A stretch of 64,000 bases of DNA. Origin: Mobula hypostoma. Its lineage: Eukaryota. The DNA lies in contig NC_086097.1 in the NCBI RefSeq assembly GCF_963921235.1, positions 214,894,001-214,958,000 of the forward strand. Direction: 5' to 3'. Positions within the stretch are counted from its first letter, which is position 1. Every line of letters begins with the position of its first letter. Below the pieces are notes generated by a model. It saw nothing but the letters and a program-made list of their open reading frames with translations, ran no database searches and had not been told where the DNA came from. The position numbers and the translations under genes were made by a program. Of the stretch, positions 25,799 to 37,699 are shown one piece after another.

Positions 25799-28045
25799 CA
25801 TAAGACCATAACGCAATGGCACAGAATTAGGCCATTCAGCCCATCAATTCTGCTCCGCCATTTCATTGTGGCTGATCCATTTTCCTCTCAACCCCATTGT
25901 CCTCTCTTCTCCCCGTAACCTTTCACACCCTGACTGATCAAGAACTTATCAAACTTAGCCTTAAATCTACCCAATGATCTGATCTCCACAGCCACATGTG
26001 GAAATGAATTTCACAGATTCACCACTCTGGTTAAGGAAATTCCTCCTGGTCTCTGGTCTCAATGGATGTCGCTCTATTCTAACACTGTGCCCTCTGGTCC
26101 TAAACTCACCCACCTCAGGAAACACTTCTCCACACCCATTCAATCTAGGCCTTTCAATATTCAACAGGATTTAATGAAATCCCCTTTCATCCTCTAAATT
26201 CCAGCATGTAAAGACAAGAGCCTTCAATCACTCCTTATACAATAAGCCTTTCATTTCTGGAGTCATTCTCGTGAACTTCCTCTGAATCTTCTCCAATGTC
26301 AGCACATCCTTTCTTAAATACGGGGCTCAAGACTGCTCACAAAACTCCAAGTGAGGCCTCGCCAGTGCCTTCTAAAGCCTCAGCATTACATCCCTGCTTT
26401 TATACTCTAGCCCTCTTGAAATGAATACTAATATTGCATTTGCCCTCCCCACCACTGACTCGACCTGAAAATTAACCTTGAGGGAATCCTGCACAAGGAC
26501 TCTCAAGTCCCCTTGCACCTCAGATTTTTGAATTTTCTCTCCATTTAGAAAATTGTCTATGCTTTATTCCTTTTACAAAAGTACATGACCATTACACTTC
26601 CCGACACTGTATTCCATTTGGCACTTCTTTGCCCAGTCTCTTAATCTGTCCAAGTTCTTCTGTAGCCTCCCTGCTTCTTCAACAGTAACTGTAGCTACAC
26701 CTATCTTCATATCATCCACAAACTTTGCAACAAAGTCATCAATTCCATCATCTAAATCATTGACATATATTGTAAAAATAGGTCACAACACAGAAACCCT
26801 GCAGAACACTACTGGTCACCAGCAGCCAATCAGAAAAGTCTCCCTCTATTCCCACTCTTTGCCTCCTGCTAATCAGCCAGTGCTCTATCCATGCAAGTAT
26901 CTCTCCTGTAATACCAAGAACATTTTATCTTGTTAAGCAGCCTCATGTGTGGGACCTTGTCAAAGGCTTCTGAAAATCTAAGTACACAACACCCACTGAT
27001 TCTCCTTTCTCTATCTTGCTTGATATTTTATTCAAGGATTCTAACAGATTTCTCAGGCAAGAATTTATTTTAAGGAAACCAGGCTGATTTTGGCCAATTT
27101 TATCATGGGCCACAAAGAAAGATGAAACCACATCCTTAATAATCGGCTCCAACATCTTCTGAACCACTGAAGTCAGGCAAGCTGGCTTAAAATTTTCTTT
27201 CTTCTGTGTCCACCCACGCCCCCCCCCCCCCGGAAGAGTGAAGTGACATTTGCAATTTTCCAGTCTTCCACAACCATTCCAGAACCTAGTGATTCTTGAA
27301 AGATCATTTCTAATACCTCCACAATCTCTTCAGCTACCTCTTTCAGAACCCTGGGGTTTAGTTCATCTGGTCCAGGTGTCTTATCTACCTTCAGACCTTT
27401 CCTTTCCCTAAGCATCTTCTTGCTAGTAATAACAACTGCACTAACTTCCGCCCCAACACTCTCGAACTTCCAGCATATTGCTAGCGTCTTCCACACTGAA
27501 GACTCATGCAAAGTACTTGTTCAATTCATCCACCATTTCTTTGACCCCATTACTATATCTCCAGCTTCATTTTCGCTCTCACCTCTCTCTTACTTTTCAT
27601 ATATCTGAAAAATCTTTTGGCATCTTTTTTGATATTGTTGGTTAGCTTACCTTCATACTTCATCTTCCCTCCACCCCATGGCTTCTTGAGTTGCCTTCTG
27701 TTGGTTTTATAAGTTTCCCAATCCTCTAACTTCCCACTAATTTTTGCTCTATTATATGCTCTCTCTTCTGCTTTTATATTGGCTTTGACCTTCCTTGTCA
27801 TCCACAGTTGTGTCATCCTGCCTTTAGAATATGTCCTCTTCTTCAGGATGTATATATCCTGCACCTTCCAAACTGCTCCCAGAAACTCCAGTCATTTCTG
27901 CTCCTCTTTCATCCTTCCCAGTGTTCCTTTCCAATCAATGTTAGCCAGCTGTTCTCTCAGACGTCTGTAATTCCTTTTACGCCACTGTAATACTGATACT
28001 TTAGCTTCTCCCTCTCAAACTGCAGGGTGAATTTGATCATATTAT
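25799..28045 (-). mobile_element. CR1 (B-like) decayed copy nested in an older minus-strand CR1 (25680-25797 and ~28085-28760)
   Basis: ORF remnants VDKTPGPDELNPRVLKEVAEEIV and VVYLDFQK. Confidence 0.8.
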
Positions 28046-29032
28046 TAATTATATTTATATATCCATGTATATTCCTATTCATTTAGAAGTGTTTTCTAAA
28101 TACTGTGCTAGTCCTCTGACAACTTGTTCCATTTATCCATCAAACTGTCCGGAAAAAACTTGCCCCTCAGGTGCCCTTTAAATATTTCCCCTCTCACCTT
28201 AAACTTACATCATTTAGTTTTAAGCTCCCCTACCTTGGACAAAGACTGCAGCTATCTACCCTGACTATGCCCTCATGATTTTATAGATTTCATAAAGGTC
28301 ACCTCCCATCTTCCTGTGCTCTAGTGAGAACTATCCCAGCCTACCTGATCTCCCCTCGTAACTAAGTCCCCTCACACTTGACAACATCCTGCTGAATCCT
28401 TTCTGCACTTTTTCATTCCATATTGTGGTGAGCAGAACTGCACGCAGTTATCCAAAAGCAGCTCAGCTTATGTCTTGCACTACTGCAACATAATGATCCA
28501 ACTCTTATATTTAATACCCCATCTGTGAAGACAAGCAAGCTAAATTCCTTCTTCCTTACCCAATTCACCCGTGCGGATATTTTCAGCGAACTACAATCAT
28601 GCACACAATAGATCTTTCTTACATCAACACTTGAATGGTCCTTGTTGTTTACTGTATATGTCTAACCAGTTCATTACTTACACCCGTCTGGATTAACTTC
28701 CAGCGTCTGCCCAAGTTTAGGTTGAACTATGCCCTATGTATCCATAGGTAAGCATCCTCACTATCAACAAACAGCAATAACAACCCAGATATTTCTCCAT
28801 CCTATCTAGTCAAGTTCAAGCAAGCTAATTTACCAAGCATTTCAATAATTAAATATTTTTAATGCAACACAGGACCTAAATGGGACGCATTCATTCACTA
28901 CCCATTCCCTGACAGTAAAACGTCCACTGAGTCTTACTGTATGGTTATTCATTCTTTCTGAAAAAAAACATCCAGCAGATTTCAGAAAAGGCTTAAAAAA
29001 TACAAGCTTTTAGTAATACATTGCTCACATAA

Positions 29033-32000
29033 CCCGGATGGTAGTTTGCCTCCCTGGTGCCAGGGTCCGGGATATTTCTGATCGTGTCCAAGATATCCTG
29101 AAGTGGGAGGCTGAGGAGCCAGAGGTCGTGGTACATATAGGTACCAATGACACAGGTAGGAAAAGGGATGAGGTCCTGAAAGGAGAATATAGGGAGCTAG
29201 GAAGGGAGTTCAGAAAAAGGACCGCAAAGGTAGTATTCTCGGGATTACTGCCTGTGCCACGCGACAGTGAGAGTAGGAATGCGATGAGGTGGAGGATAAA
29301 TGCGTGGCTGAGGGATTGGAGCAGGGGGCAGGGATTCAAGTTTTTGGATCATTGGGACCTCTTTTGGCGCAGGCGTGACCTGTACAAAAAGGACGGGTTG
29401 CACTTGAATCCTAGGGGGACCAATATCCTGGCAGGGAGATTAGCGAGGGCTACTGAGGTGACTTTAAACTAGAATGGTTGGGGGGTGGGAATCAAATTAA
29501 AGAGGCTAGGCGTGAGGAGGTTAGTTCACAACAGGGGGATGGGAACCAGTGCAGAGAGATAGAGGGGTGTAAAGTGAGGGTAGAAGTAAAAAGTACTAAG
29601 GAGAAAAGTAAAAGTGGCAGGCCGACAAATCCAGGGCAAGCATTAAAAAGGGCCACTTTTCAACATAATTGTATAAGGGCGGGGGTAGAGAGTTGTAAAA
29701 GAGCACCTGAAGGCTTTGTGTGTCAATGCAAGGAGTTTTCGTAATAAGGTGGATGAATTGAAAGTGCAGATTGTTATTAATGATTATGATATAGTTGGGA
29801 TCACAGAGACATGGCTCCAGGGTGACCAAGGATGGGAGCTCAACGTTCAGGGATATTCAATATTCAGGAGGGATAGATATGAAGGAAGGGGAGGTGGGGT
29901 GCCATTGCTGGTTAAAGAAGAGATTAACGCAATAGAAAGGAAGGACATAAGCCGGGAAGATGTGGAATCGATATGGGTAGAGCTGCGTAACACTAAGGGG
30001 CAGAAGACGCTGGTGGGAGTTGTGTACAGGCCACCTAACAGTAGTAGTGAGGTCGGAGATGGTACTAAACAGGAAATTAGAAATGTGTGCAATAAAGGAA
30101 CAGCAGTTATAATGGGTGACTTCAATCTACATATAGATTGGGTGAACCAAATTGGTAAAGGTGCTGAGGAAGAGGATTTCTTGGAATGTATGCGGGATGG
30201 TTTTTTGAACCAATATGTTGAGGAACCAGCTAGAGAGCAGGCTATTCTGGACTGGGTTTTGAGCAATGAGGAAGGGTTAATTAGCAATCTTGTCGTGAGA
30301 GGCCCCTTGGATAAGAGTGACCATAATATGGTGGAATTCTTCATTAAGATGGAGAGTGACATAGTTAATTCAGAAACAAAGGTTCTGAACTTAAAGAGGG
30401 GTGACTTTGAAGGTATGAGACGTGAATCAGCGAAGATAGACTGGCAAATGACACTTAAAGGATTGACAGTGGATATGCAATGGCAAGCATTTAAAGGTTG
30501 CATGGATGAACTACAACAATTGTTCATCCCAGTTTGGCAAAAGAATAAATCAAGGAAGGTAGTGCACCCGTGGCTGACAAGAGAAATTAGGGATAGTATC
30601 AATTCCAAAGAAGAAGCATACAAATTAGCCAGAGAAAGTGGCTCACCTGAGGACTGGGAGAAATTCAGAGTTCAGCAGAGGAGGACAAAGGGCTTAATTA
30701 GGAAGGGGAAAAAAGATTATGAGAGAAAACTGGCAGGGAACATAAAAACTGACTGTAAAAGCTTTTATAGATATGTAAAAAGGAAAAGACTGGTAAAGAC
30801 AAATGTAGGTCCCCTACAGACAGAAACAGGTGAATTGATTATGGGGAGCAAGGACATAGCAGACCAACTGAATAATTACTTTGGATCTGTCTTCACTAAG
30901 GAGGACATAAATAATCTTCCAGAAATAGTAGGGGACAGAGGGTCCAGTGAGATGGAGGAACTGAGCAAAATATATGTTAGTAGGGAAGTGGTGTTAGGTA
31001 AATTGAAGGGATTGAAGGCAGATAAATCCCCAGGGCCAGATGGTCTGCATCCCAGAGTGCTTAAGGAAGTAGCCCAAGAAATAGTGGATGCATTAGTGAT
31101 GATTTTTCAAAACTCATTGGATTCTGGACTAGTTCCTGAGGATTGGAGGGTGGCTAATGTAACCCCACTTTTTAAAAAAGGAGGGAGAGAGAAACCGGGG
31201 AATTATAGACCGGTTAGCCTAACGTCGGTGGTGGGGAAACTGCTGGAGTCAGTTATCAAAGATGTGATAACAGCACATTTGGAAAGCGGTGAAATCATCG
31301 GACAAAGTCAGCATGGATTTGTGAAAGGAAAATCATGTCTGACGAATCTCACAGAATTTTTTGAGGATGTAACTAGTAGAGTGGATAGGGGAGAACTAGT
31401 GGATTGGTATATTTGGATTTTCAAAAGGCTTTTGACAAGGTCCCACACAGGAGATTAGTGTGCAAACTTAAAGCACACGGTATTGGGGGTAAGGTATTGA
31501 TGTGGATAGAGAATTGGTTAGCAGACAGGAGGCAAAGAGTGGGAATAAACGGGACCTTTTCAGAATGGCAGGCAGTGACCAGTGGGGTACCACAAGGCTC
31601 AGTGCTGGGACCCCAGTTGTTTACAATATATATTAATGACTTGGATGAGGGAATTAAATGCAGCACCTCCAAGTTTGCGGATGACACGAAGCTGGGTGGC
31701 AGTGTTAGCTGTGAGGAGGATGCTAAGAGGATGCAGAGTGACTTGGATAGGTTGGGTGAGTGGGCAAATTCATGGCAGATGCAATTTAATGTGGATAAAT
31801 GTGAAGTTTTCCACTTTGGTGGCAAAAATAGGAAAACAGATTATTATCTGAATGGTGGCCGATTAGGAAAAGGGGAGGTGCAACGAGACCTGGGTGTCAT
31901 TATACACCAGACATTGAAAGTGGGCATGCAGGTACAGCAGGTGGTGAAAAAGGCGAATGGTATGCTGGCATTTATAGCGAGAGGATTCGAGTACAGGAGC

Positions 32001-32602
32001 AGGGAGGTACTACTGCAGTTGTACAAGGCCTTGGTGAGACCACACCTGGAGTACTGTGTGCAGTTTTGGTCCCCTAATCTGAGGAAAGACATCCTTGCCA
32101 TAGAGGGAGTACAAAGAAGGTTCACCAGATTGATTCCTGGGATGGCAGGACTTTCATATGAAGAAAGACTGGATGAACTGGGCTTGTACTTGTTGGAATT
32201 TAGAAGATTGAGGGGGGATCTGATTGAAACGTATAAAATCCTAAAGGGATTAGACAGGCTAGATGCAGCAAGATTGTTCCCGATGTTGGGGAAGTCCAGA
32301 ACAAGGGGCCACAGTTTGAGGATAAAGGGGAAGCCTTTTAGGACTGAGATTAGGAAAAACTTCTTCACACAGAGAGTGGTGAATCTGTGGAATTCTCTGC
32401 CACAGGAAACAGTTGAGGCCAGTTCATTGGCTATACTTAAGAGGGAGTTAGATATGGCCCTTGTGGCTACGGGGATCAGGGGGTATGGAGGGAAGGCTGG
32501 TGCAGGGTTCTGAGTTGGATGATCAGCCATGATCATAATAAATGGCGGTGCAGGCTCGAAGGGCCAAATAGCCTACTCCTGCACCTATTTTCTATGTTTC
32601 TA
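29033..32602 (+). mobile_element. CR1 family A: 3' half of ORF1 (SGNH esterase) plus complete ORF2 with two frameshifts
   Basis: ORFs 29038..29472 (HIGTND, DGLH), 29478, 29716..31458 and 31404..32513; the tail ends ~50 bp from the GGH exon 3 donor. Confidence 0.95.
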
Positions 32603-32651
32603 TAATCAAAATATAAAAACAAAACTCGTATGGCTTAATAAAAGTACTCAC

Positions 32652-32702
32652 CCATTTATAGAATAAAATAGTTTCCGGTATTCAGCTTCACTTAGTTTAG
32701 TG
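32652..32702 (-). CDS. GGH: GGH coding exon 3 (51 bp)
   Basis: ctcctatag|C ACT AAA...ATA AAT GG|gtgagt; TKLSEAEYRKLFYSIN(G); phase fits exons 2 and 4. Confidence 0.94.
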
Positions 32703-33422
32703 CTATAGGAGAACAGAAATATAAAGATTATATTAACTTCTTTATTTGGAAGCAGTGTCAGCTGATAAACAGCTTCATTGGAGTAAACTAAAATTTGAAT
32801 CCTGATCTGAAGTTTGGCAAACTCGGGCTAAGTACACTAAATAAACACAACTACCAATGACAAAATTAGGCATCTCGAAGAGTGCAGCACCATTGCAAAT
32901 GAGTGGATAGAATCACTGTGTTCAAACAACCAAAATGTCACAAGTATAATTATAAACCAGCTTAAAAGCCAGACACTGAAATAAATATCACAATAACTTG
33001 AACCATGAAAGGCCTTGGCCCTCCATTAGCAAGATTTGGAGACCTTATGTTCCCACTAAGTGTGATTCCAGCCATTTGCTATCTTAGATCAATTTCATTA
33101 TTCCCTATAATTTAAGCTCACTGGCCCTGAAAATTTCAAGTTGATCCTTATTTCTTGTCTTGTCTTCTTTACCAAAGGAGATTAACAAATACAGTTAGAA
33201 AGGTACTCTCGTCTATTCGCTCTTTTGTGATGTTGCTTAAGGGATACATGGATTTGCAGAGAAAGCGCAAACTTATTATTTGAAAGGGAACTCCCTGCTG
33301 GAGACTAAGAGAAAAGAAAACGTTGACACATTAACTTCTTGTATTTTAGTTGGATTTTCTTAGTGGTGTCATAAACAATACATAAAATCATAAAGCTACT
33401 TTGAAATGTATGACATTTCAGA

Positions 33423-34935
33423 GTCATAGAAAAGTACAGCACAGAAACAGGCACTTTTGCAGATTTAGTCCATGCTGAACCATTTAAATTGCCTAGTCAC
33501 ATCAACCTGCATCAGGACCATTACCCACCATACCCCTACCATCCATGTACCTATCCAAACTTTGCTGAAACACCAAAATTGAGCTTGCATGCACCACTTG
33601 TGCTGGCAGCTCATTTTAAACTCTCATGACTCTCTGACTGAAGATGTTTCCCCTCACGTTCCCCTTAAACTTTTCACTCTTAATTTGTGACCTCTAGTTG
33701 CAGTCCCAGCTAACATCAGTGAAATAACCTGCTTGGATTTATCCTATCTATACCCCTCATAATTTGTATACCACTATCAATTCTCCCCTCAATCTTCAGC
33801 ATTCCCAGGAATAAAGACTCAACCTATTCAATATTTCTTTATTACTCAGATCCTCCAGTTCTGGCAACATTCTTTTAAATTTTTTCTGTACTCTCTCAAC
33901 CTTATTGGTGACCAAAACTGCACACAATATTCCAAATTCCAATGTCAAATACACCACCAATCTTGGTGTCTTCCACAAATTTGCTGATCCAGTTAACCAC
34001 ATTACTATCATTGACATTCTTGACAAACAACGATAGATCCAGCACTGATCCCTGAGGCACTCCACTACTCACAGGCCTCCAGAATCTCTCCCCTGCTTTT
34101 CCCACAAAGCAAATGTCTAATCCAATTTACTACCTCATTTTGAATTCCAAACGAATGAACCTTCTTTACCAACCTCCCATGTGGGGCCTTATCAAATGCC
34201 TTGCTAAAGTATATGCAGGCCACATCCACTGCCTTGCCTTCACCAACTTTCCTCGTAACTTTCTTGAAAATCTCTCCAAGATTGGTTAGGCATGACCTAT
34301 CACCGTACAAAGCCATGCTGACGATCCCTAAACAGTCCATGTCTATCCAAGTACTCAAATATCCAGTCCCTTAGAAGATCTTCCAATGACTTTCCCATTA
34401 CACTTCACAGGCCTATAATTTCCTGGTTTAATTTTAGAGCCTTTCTTAAACAGCAGAACAACATTGGCTATCCTCCAATAGGTCACTTGTGGGTAAGGAT
34501 GATTTCAATAAGATCCCCCAACATTCTTCTAAATTCCAGTAAGTACAGGCACAAAACTGCCAAACGCTCCTCATATGTTAACCTCTTCATTCCTGGAATC
34601 ATCCTCGTGAACCTCCTCGGGACTCTCTCCTAATCTTTCCTACATTACTTCTTGCATTGAAATATATGCATCTCAGGACAGTAGTCGCACAATGCGCAAC
34701 CTTTTCATTCGTGACTTTGTCTGAGGTCTTAACAACATCCTTATCCACAATCTCTCCACTATCTGTCTTAGAACTCTGGTTCCCATCCCCCTACAGCTCT
34801 AATTTAACTCCCTCCCCTCCGTGCAGCATTAGGAAACCTTTCCCCTAGGATATTAGTCACTTTTCAGCTCTGGAGCAATGCTTCCCTTCCGTACAGGTCC
34901 TCCCCTTTCCTGGAAGACAGCCTAATGATCCAAAC
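33423..34935 (-). mobile_element. Mosaic of decayed minus-strand CR1 fragments
   Basis: RT remnants (SGVPQGSVL, FSKAFDK); degraded ORF1/ORF2 junction at ~34775-34810. Confidence 0.75.
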
Positions 34936-35019
34936 TTATTTACTTCATTTGATTTACTTACACAAACCTTTTTCTTTTTAATAGTTCTGGAATACCAAAG
35001 CTATATTGAGTCTCTAGGT

Positions 35020-35100
35020 CAGGGGTTCCCATCCTTTTTTATGCCATGGACCAATACCATTAAGCAAGGGGTCCACTGAACCCAGGTTGATGGTAACACT
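35020..35100. mobile_element. Decayed hAT/Charlie-like MITE
   Basis: Starts CAGGGGTTCCCA; internal atggacc...ggtccac inverted pair; right end degraded. Confidence 0.45.
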
Positions 35101-35321
35101 CTCTGGCATCAAAGTACTAACTACATTTTTTGTCTCCAGTAATGCAATTTAGTTAGCAGATTTCACTGGTCTGCAAATGACATTGCATGATACATCAAAG
35201 ATTAAATCTAGAATTGTGCTACAGTTTAAATGGTACATTATAAATTGGAAGAGCAAATTTAGAAATTAATTAGCATGATTTTATCACTTAAGGATTGATT
35301 AACTCCTGGATAAATACTGCT

Positions 35322-35560
35322 GGGTTGGCACAGTAGTGCAATACTTTACAGCAACCAGCTGTAAGATCAGGGTTCAATTGCCATCGCTTTCTGTAAGGAG
35401 TTTGTACTGTGATCATTTGGATTTTGTCCGGGTGCTCTTGTTTTCTCCTACACTCCAAAGAGTATGGTCAGGATTACTGAGTTGAGGGCATGCTCTTTTG
35501 GCAGCCAAAGCATACTGACACTTCCAGACAGCCCAGTACAATTTTCTCTGTATTTGATGC
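35322..35560 (+). mobile_element. V-SINE-like tRNA-derived SINE
   Basis: Box B-like gggttcaatt and V-domain-like tccgggtgctcttgttttctcctacactccaaaga. Confidence 0.55.
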
Positions 35561-35833
35561 AAATCGATGAAGTTAATGGCAGAAAGATGCTTGAAACAAA
35601 CGTGTTGAATGCAAACTAGATTTGGAGATCCTGGTCAGCAAAGCTAAACAAGGTGCAATGAGGATGGTGTAGCTTTAGAAATATGCCTTAAATATGTTTG
35701 TAAAACAATTTAAATGGTTGATTATCAATGTTTAAACATGGGGACTTTCATTTTAACAGATTTACAATAGTCCTTTACAATAAATTAACCTCATACTGAG
35801 TAAAAAGTATAAATGGAAGTTTACTATACTGAC

Positions 35834-35945
35834 CTAATGGGTACAACTCTTGCTCCAGCCGATTCCAAGTACTTCACATACGATGCTGCAATGTAGCTAC
35901 TGCCATAGTTTGCAAATTTATCAGATACTTCCTGAGCCAAAATAC
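35834..35945 (-). CDS. GGH: Gamma-glutamyl hydrolase coding exon 2 (112 bp)
   Basis: Minus strand: tttggtcag|GT ATT TTG GCT...CCC ATT AG|gtcagt. Translates (G)[36 protein letters not shown](S), containing the GGH hallmark [19 protein letters not shown]. Confidence 0.96.
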
Positions 35946-36239
35946 CTGACCAAACAAAAGTACAGGCATCAGTAAAAAATAAAATTATTACATATGCATT
36001 GGGAAAGCCAATATCGTAACACTGAATATGCTGGACATTTTTAAAGCAAATAAGATGTTACAAATATATAACAGAATAGATAATACTTTTGGAGAAAGTT
36101 TACTATTTCAGGTCCATCAATGCCAGTTAAATTTAAAGCTCTAAATCTGGACTATTTCATACCAACTTTACCTCATACCACTTTCAATCCAAAATTTAAG
36201 TAATTCATTCCCACAAAATGAGCCATTCAAAGATCATCA

Positions 36240-37680
36240 CCAGCTGGACACTGAGGGACAGTTGATTCATGAAACCCAGCAGGAATTTCTCTCAATTAGA
36301 AAGAGGGATTTCATGAGAAAGAGGCGTAAACTATGGTTAACAAAGGAAGTCAAATTGAAAAGCAGGGCACACAAATTTGCCAGGCCTAGCGGTTGGTAGA
36401 ATGACTGAGAAGCTTTTAGGATCCAGCAACAAATAAAAAGTCAGAGGGTAAAATTTCAGGTAACATCAAGACAAATGGAAAGAGTTTGTATGGACATAAA
36501 AACAGAAAAAGACAACTAAGTTTAGGTGGTACCTCTGGAGAACAAAGATGGTGAATCAATAAATGAAACAAAAAAATGTCAAATAAGTTAAAACAATGTT
36601 TTGCACGCCTTCTCCATGGATGACACTGAAAATATTCCAGGTAACGGATGGGTTAATTTTAAGAAATACTGAAGAATTTGTAAAAAATCCCGATCGGAAG
36701 AGATTAACGATGCATTCGAGAATTTCACGGGGCTAAACCTGGACAAATCGTCAGAAGCCTGCACGCAAGATTTTAAAGGAATTGGTTGCAGAGACAGTGG
36801 ACCTATTAATGGAAGTTTTGCAAAACTCACTAAATTCCGCAGGATGCCAGAAGATTGGAAAGTAGACAATATAGCTCCCTCCTTTGAAAAGGGAAGAAGA
36901 TAGAAAACAGGAAACTGTAGGCTAGTTAATTCAATCAACACACACAAACCGCTGGAGGAACTCAGCAGGCCAGACAGCACCTATGAAAAAGCGTATGGTC
37001 GACATTTTGGGCCGAAAACCTTCAGCAGGCCTGAAACGTCGACTGTTCTCTTTTTCATAGATGCTGCCTGGCATGCTGAATTCCGGCAGCATTTTGCGTG
37101 TGTCGCTTGGATTTCCAGCATCTGCAGATTTTCTCTTGTTGTGATTAGTTAATTCAATGTCCAGCCTTTGGCAAGATATTTGAGTCAGCAATCAAAGAGG
37201 AAACAACTAATTATTTAGGATAACCAAACTTACTCAATGTGGTTTCATGAAAGGTAAGTCACATTTGATGAATTTGCTCAAACACTTTGAAGATGGGACA
37301 GGAGAGAATTGATAGATGGGAACCCGTAAATGTATCACATTAGATTTACAAAAGGCATTTGATAAGGTGTCACATAAGGAAGCTGTTTTATAAATTAAGA
37401 GCACAGGATATTGGAGCAAGTGTGCTAGCATGGATTGAAAATGGGCTTCCAAAAAAAGAGTTGGGATAAATGGGTCTTTTTCAGGCCAGAGGAATACAGC
37501 TAATGGAATATCACAAGGATTTGATTCTGCACTCTCCATTGTTTATTATTTACATTAAAAATCTGGGGAAGGGAACAAAATGTCAAGTTTCCAAATTCTC
37601 TGATGATATGGAAAATAGCTGGAAGAGCATGCTGTAATGAGGAGGACACTGTGATTCTGCAACAGGATACACTTAGACAG
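36240..37680 (+). mobile_element. Ancient CR1 fragment hosting a palindromic element
   Basis: Remnants ccagaagattggaaag, aaaggcatttgataaggtg, atcacaagga. Confidence 0.65.
36936..37145. mobile_element. Palindromic Penelope-type element (short form); 13-bp TSD tagttaattcaat
   Basis: TSD at 36923-36935 and 37146-37158; inverted arms plus the same tail as 25355. Confidence 0.78.
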
Positions 37681-37699
37681 GCTGGGTTCTTGGGTCAGG

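Noticed and set aside
29847..30623. Long antisense ORFs recurring in family A copies (258 aa, 134 aa, 230 aa)
   Set aside because: They are shadows of ORF2; recurrence follows from the copies being nearly identical, and no motifs are recognisable.
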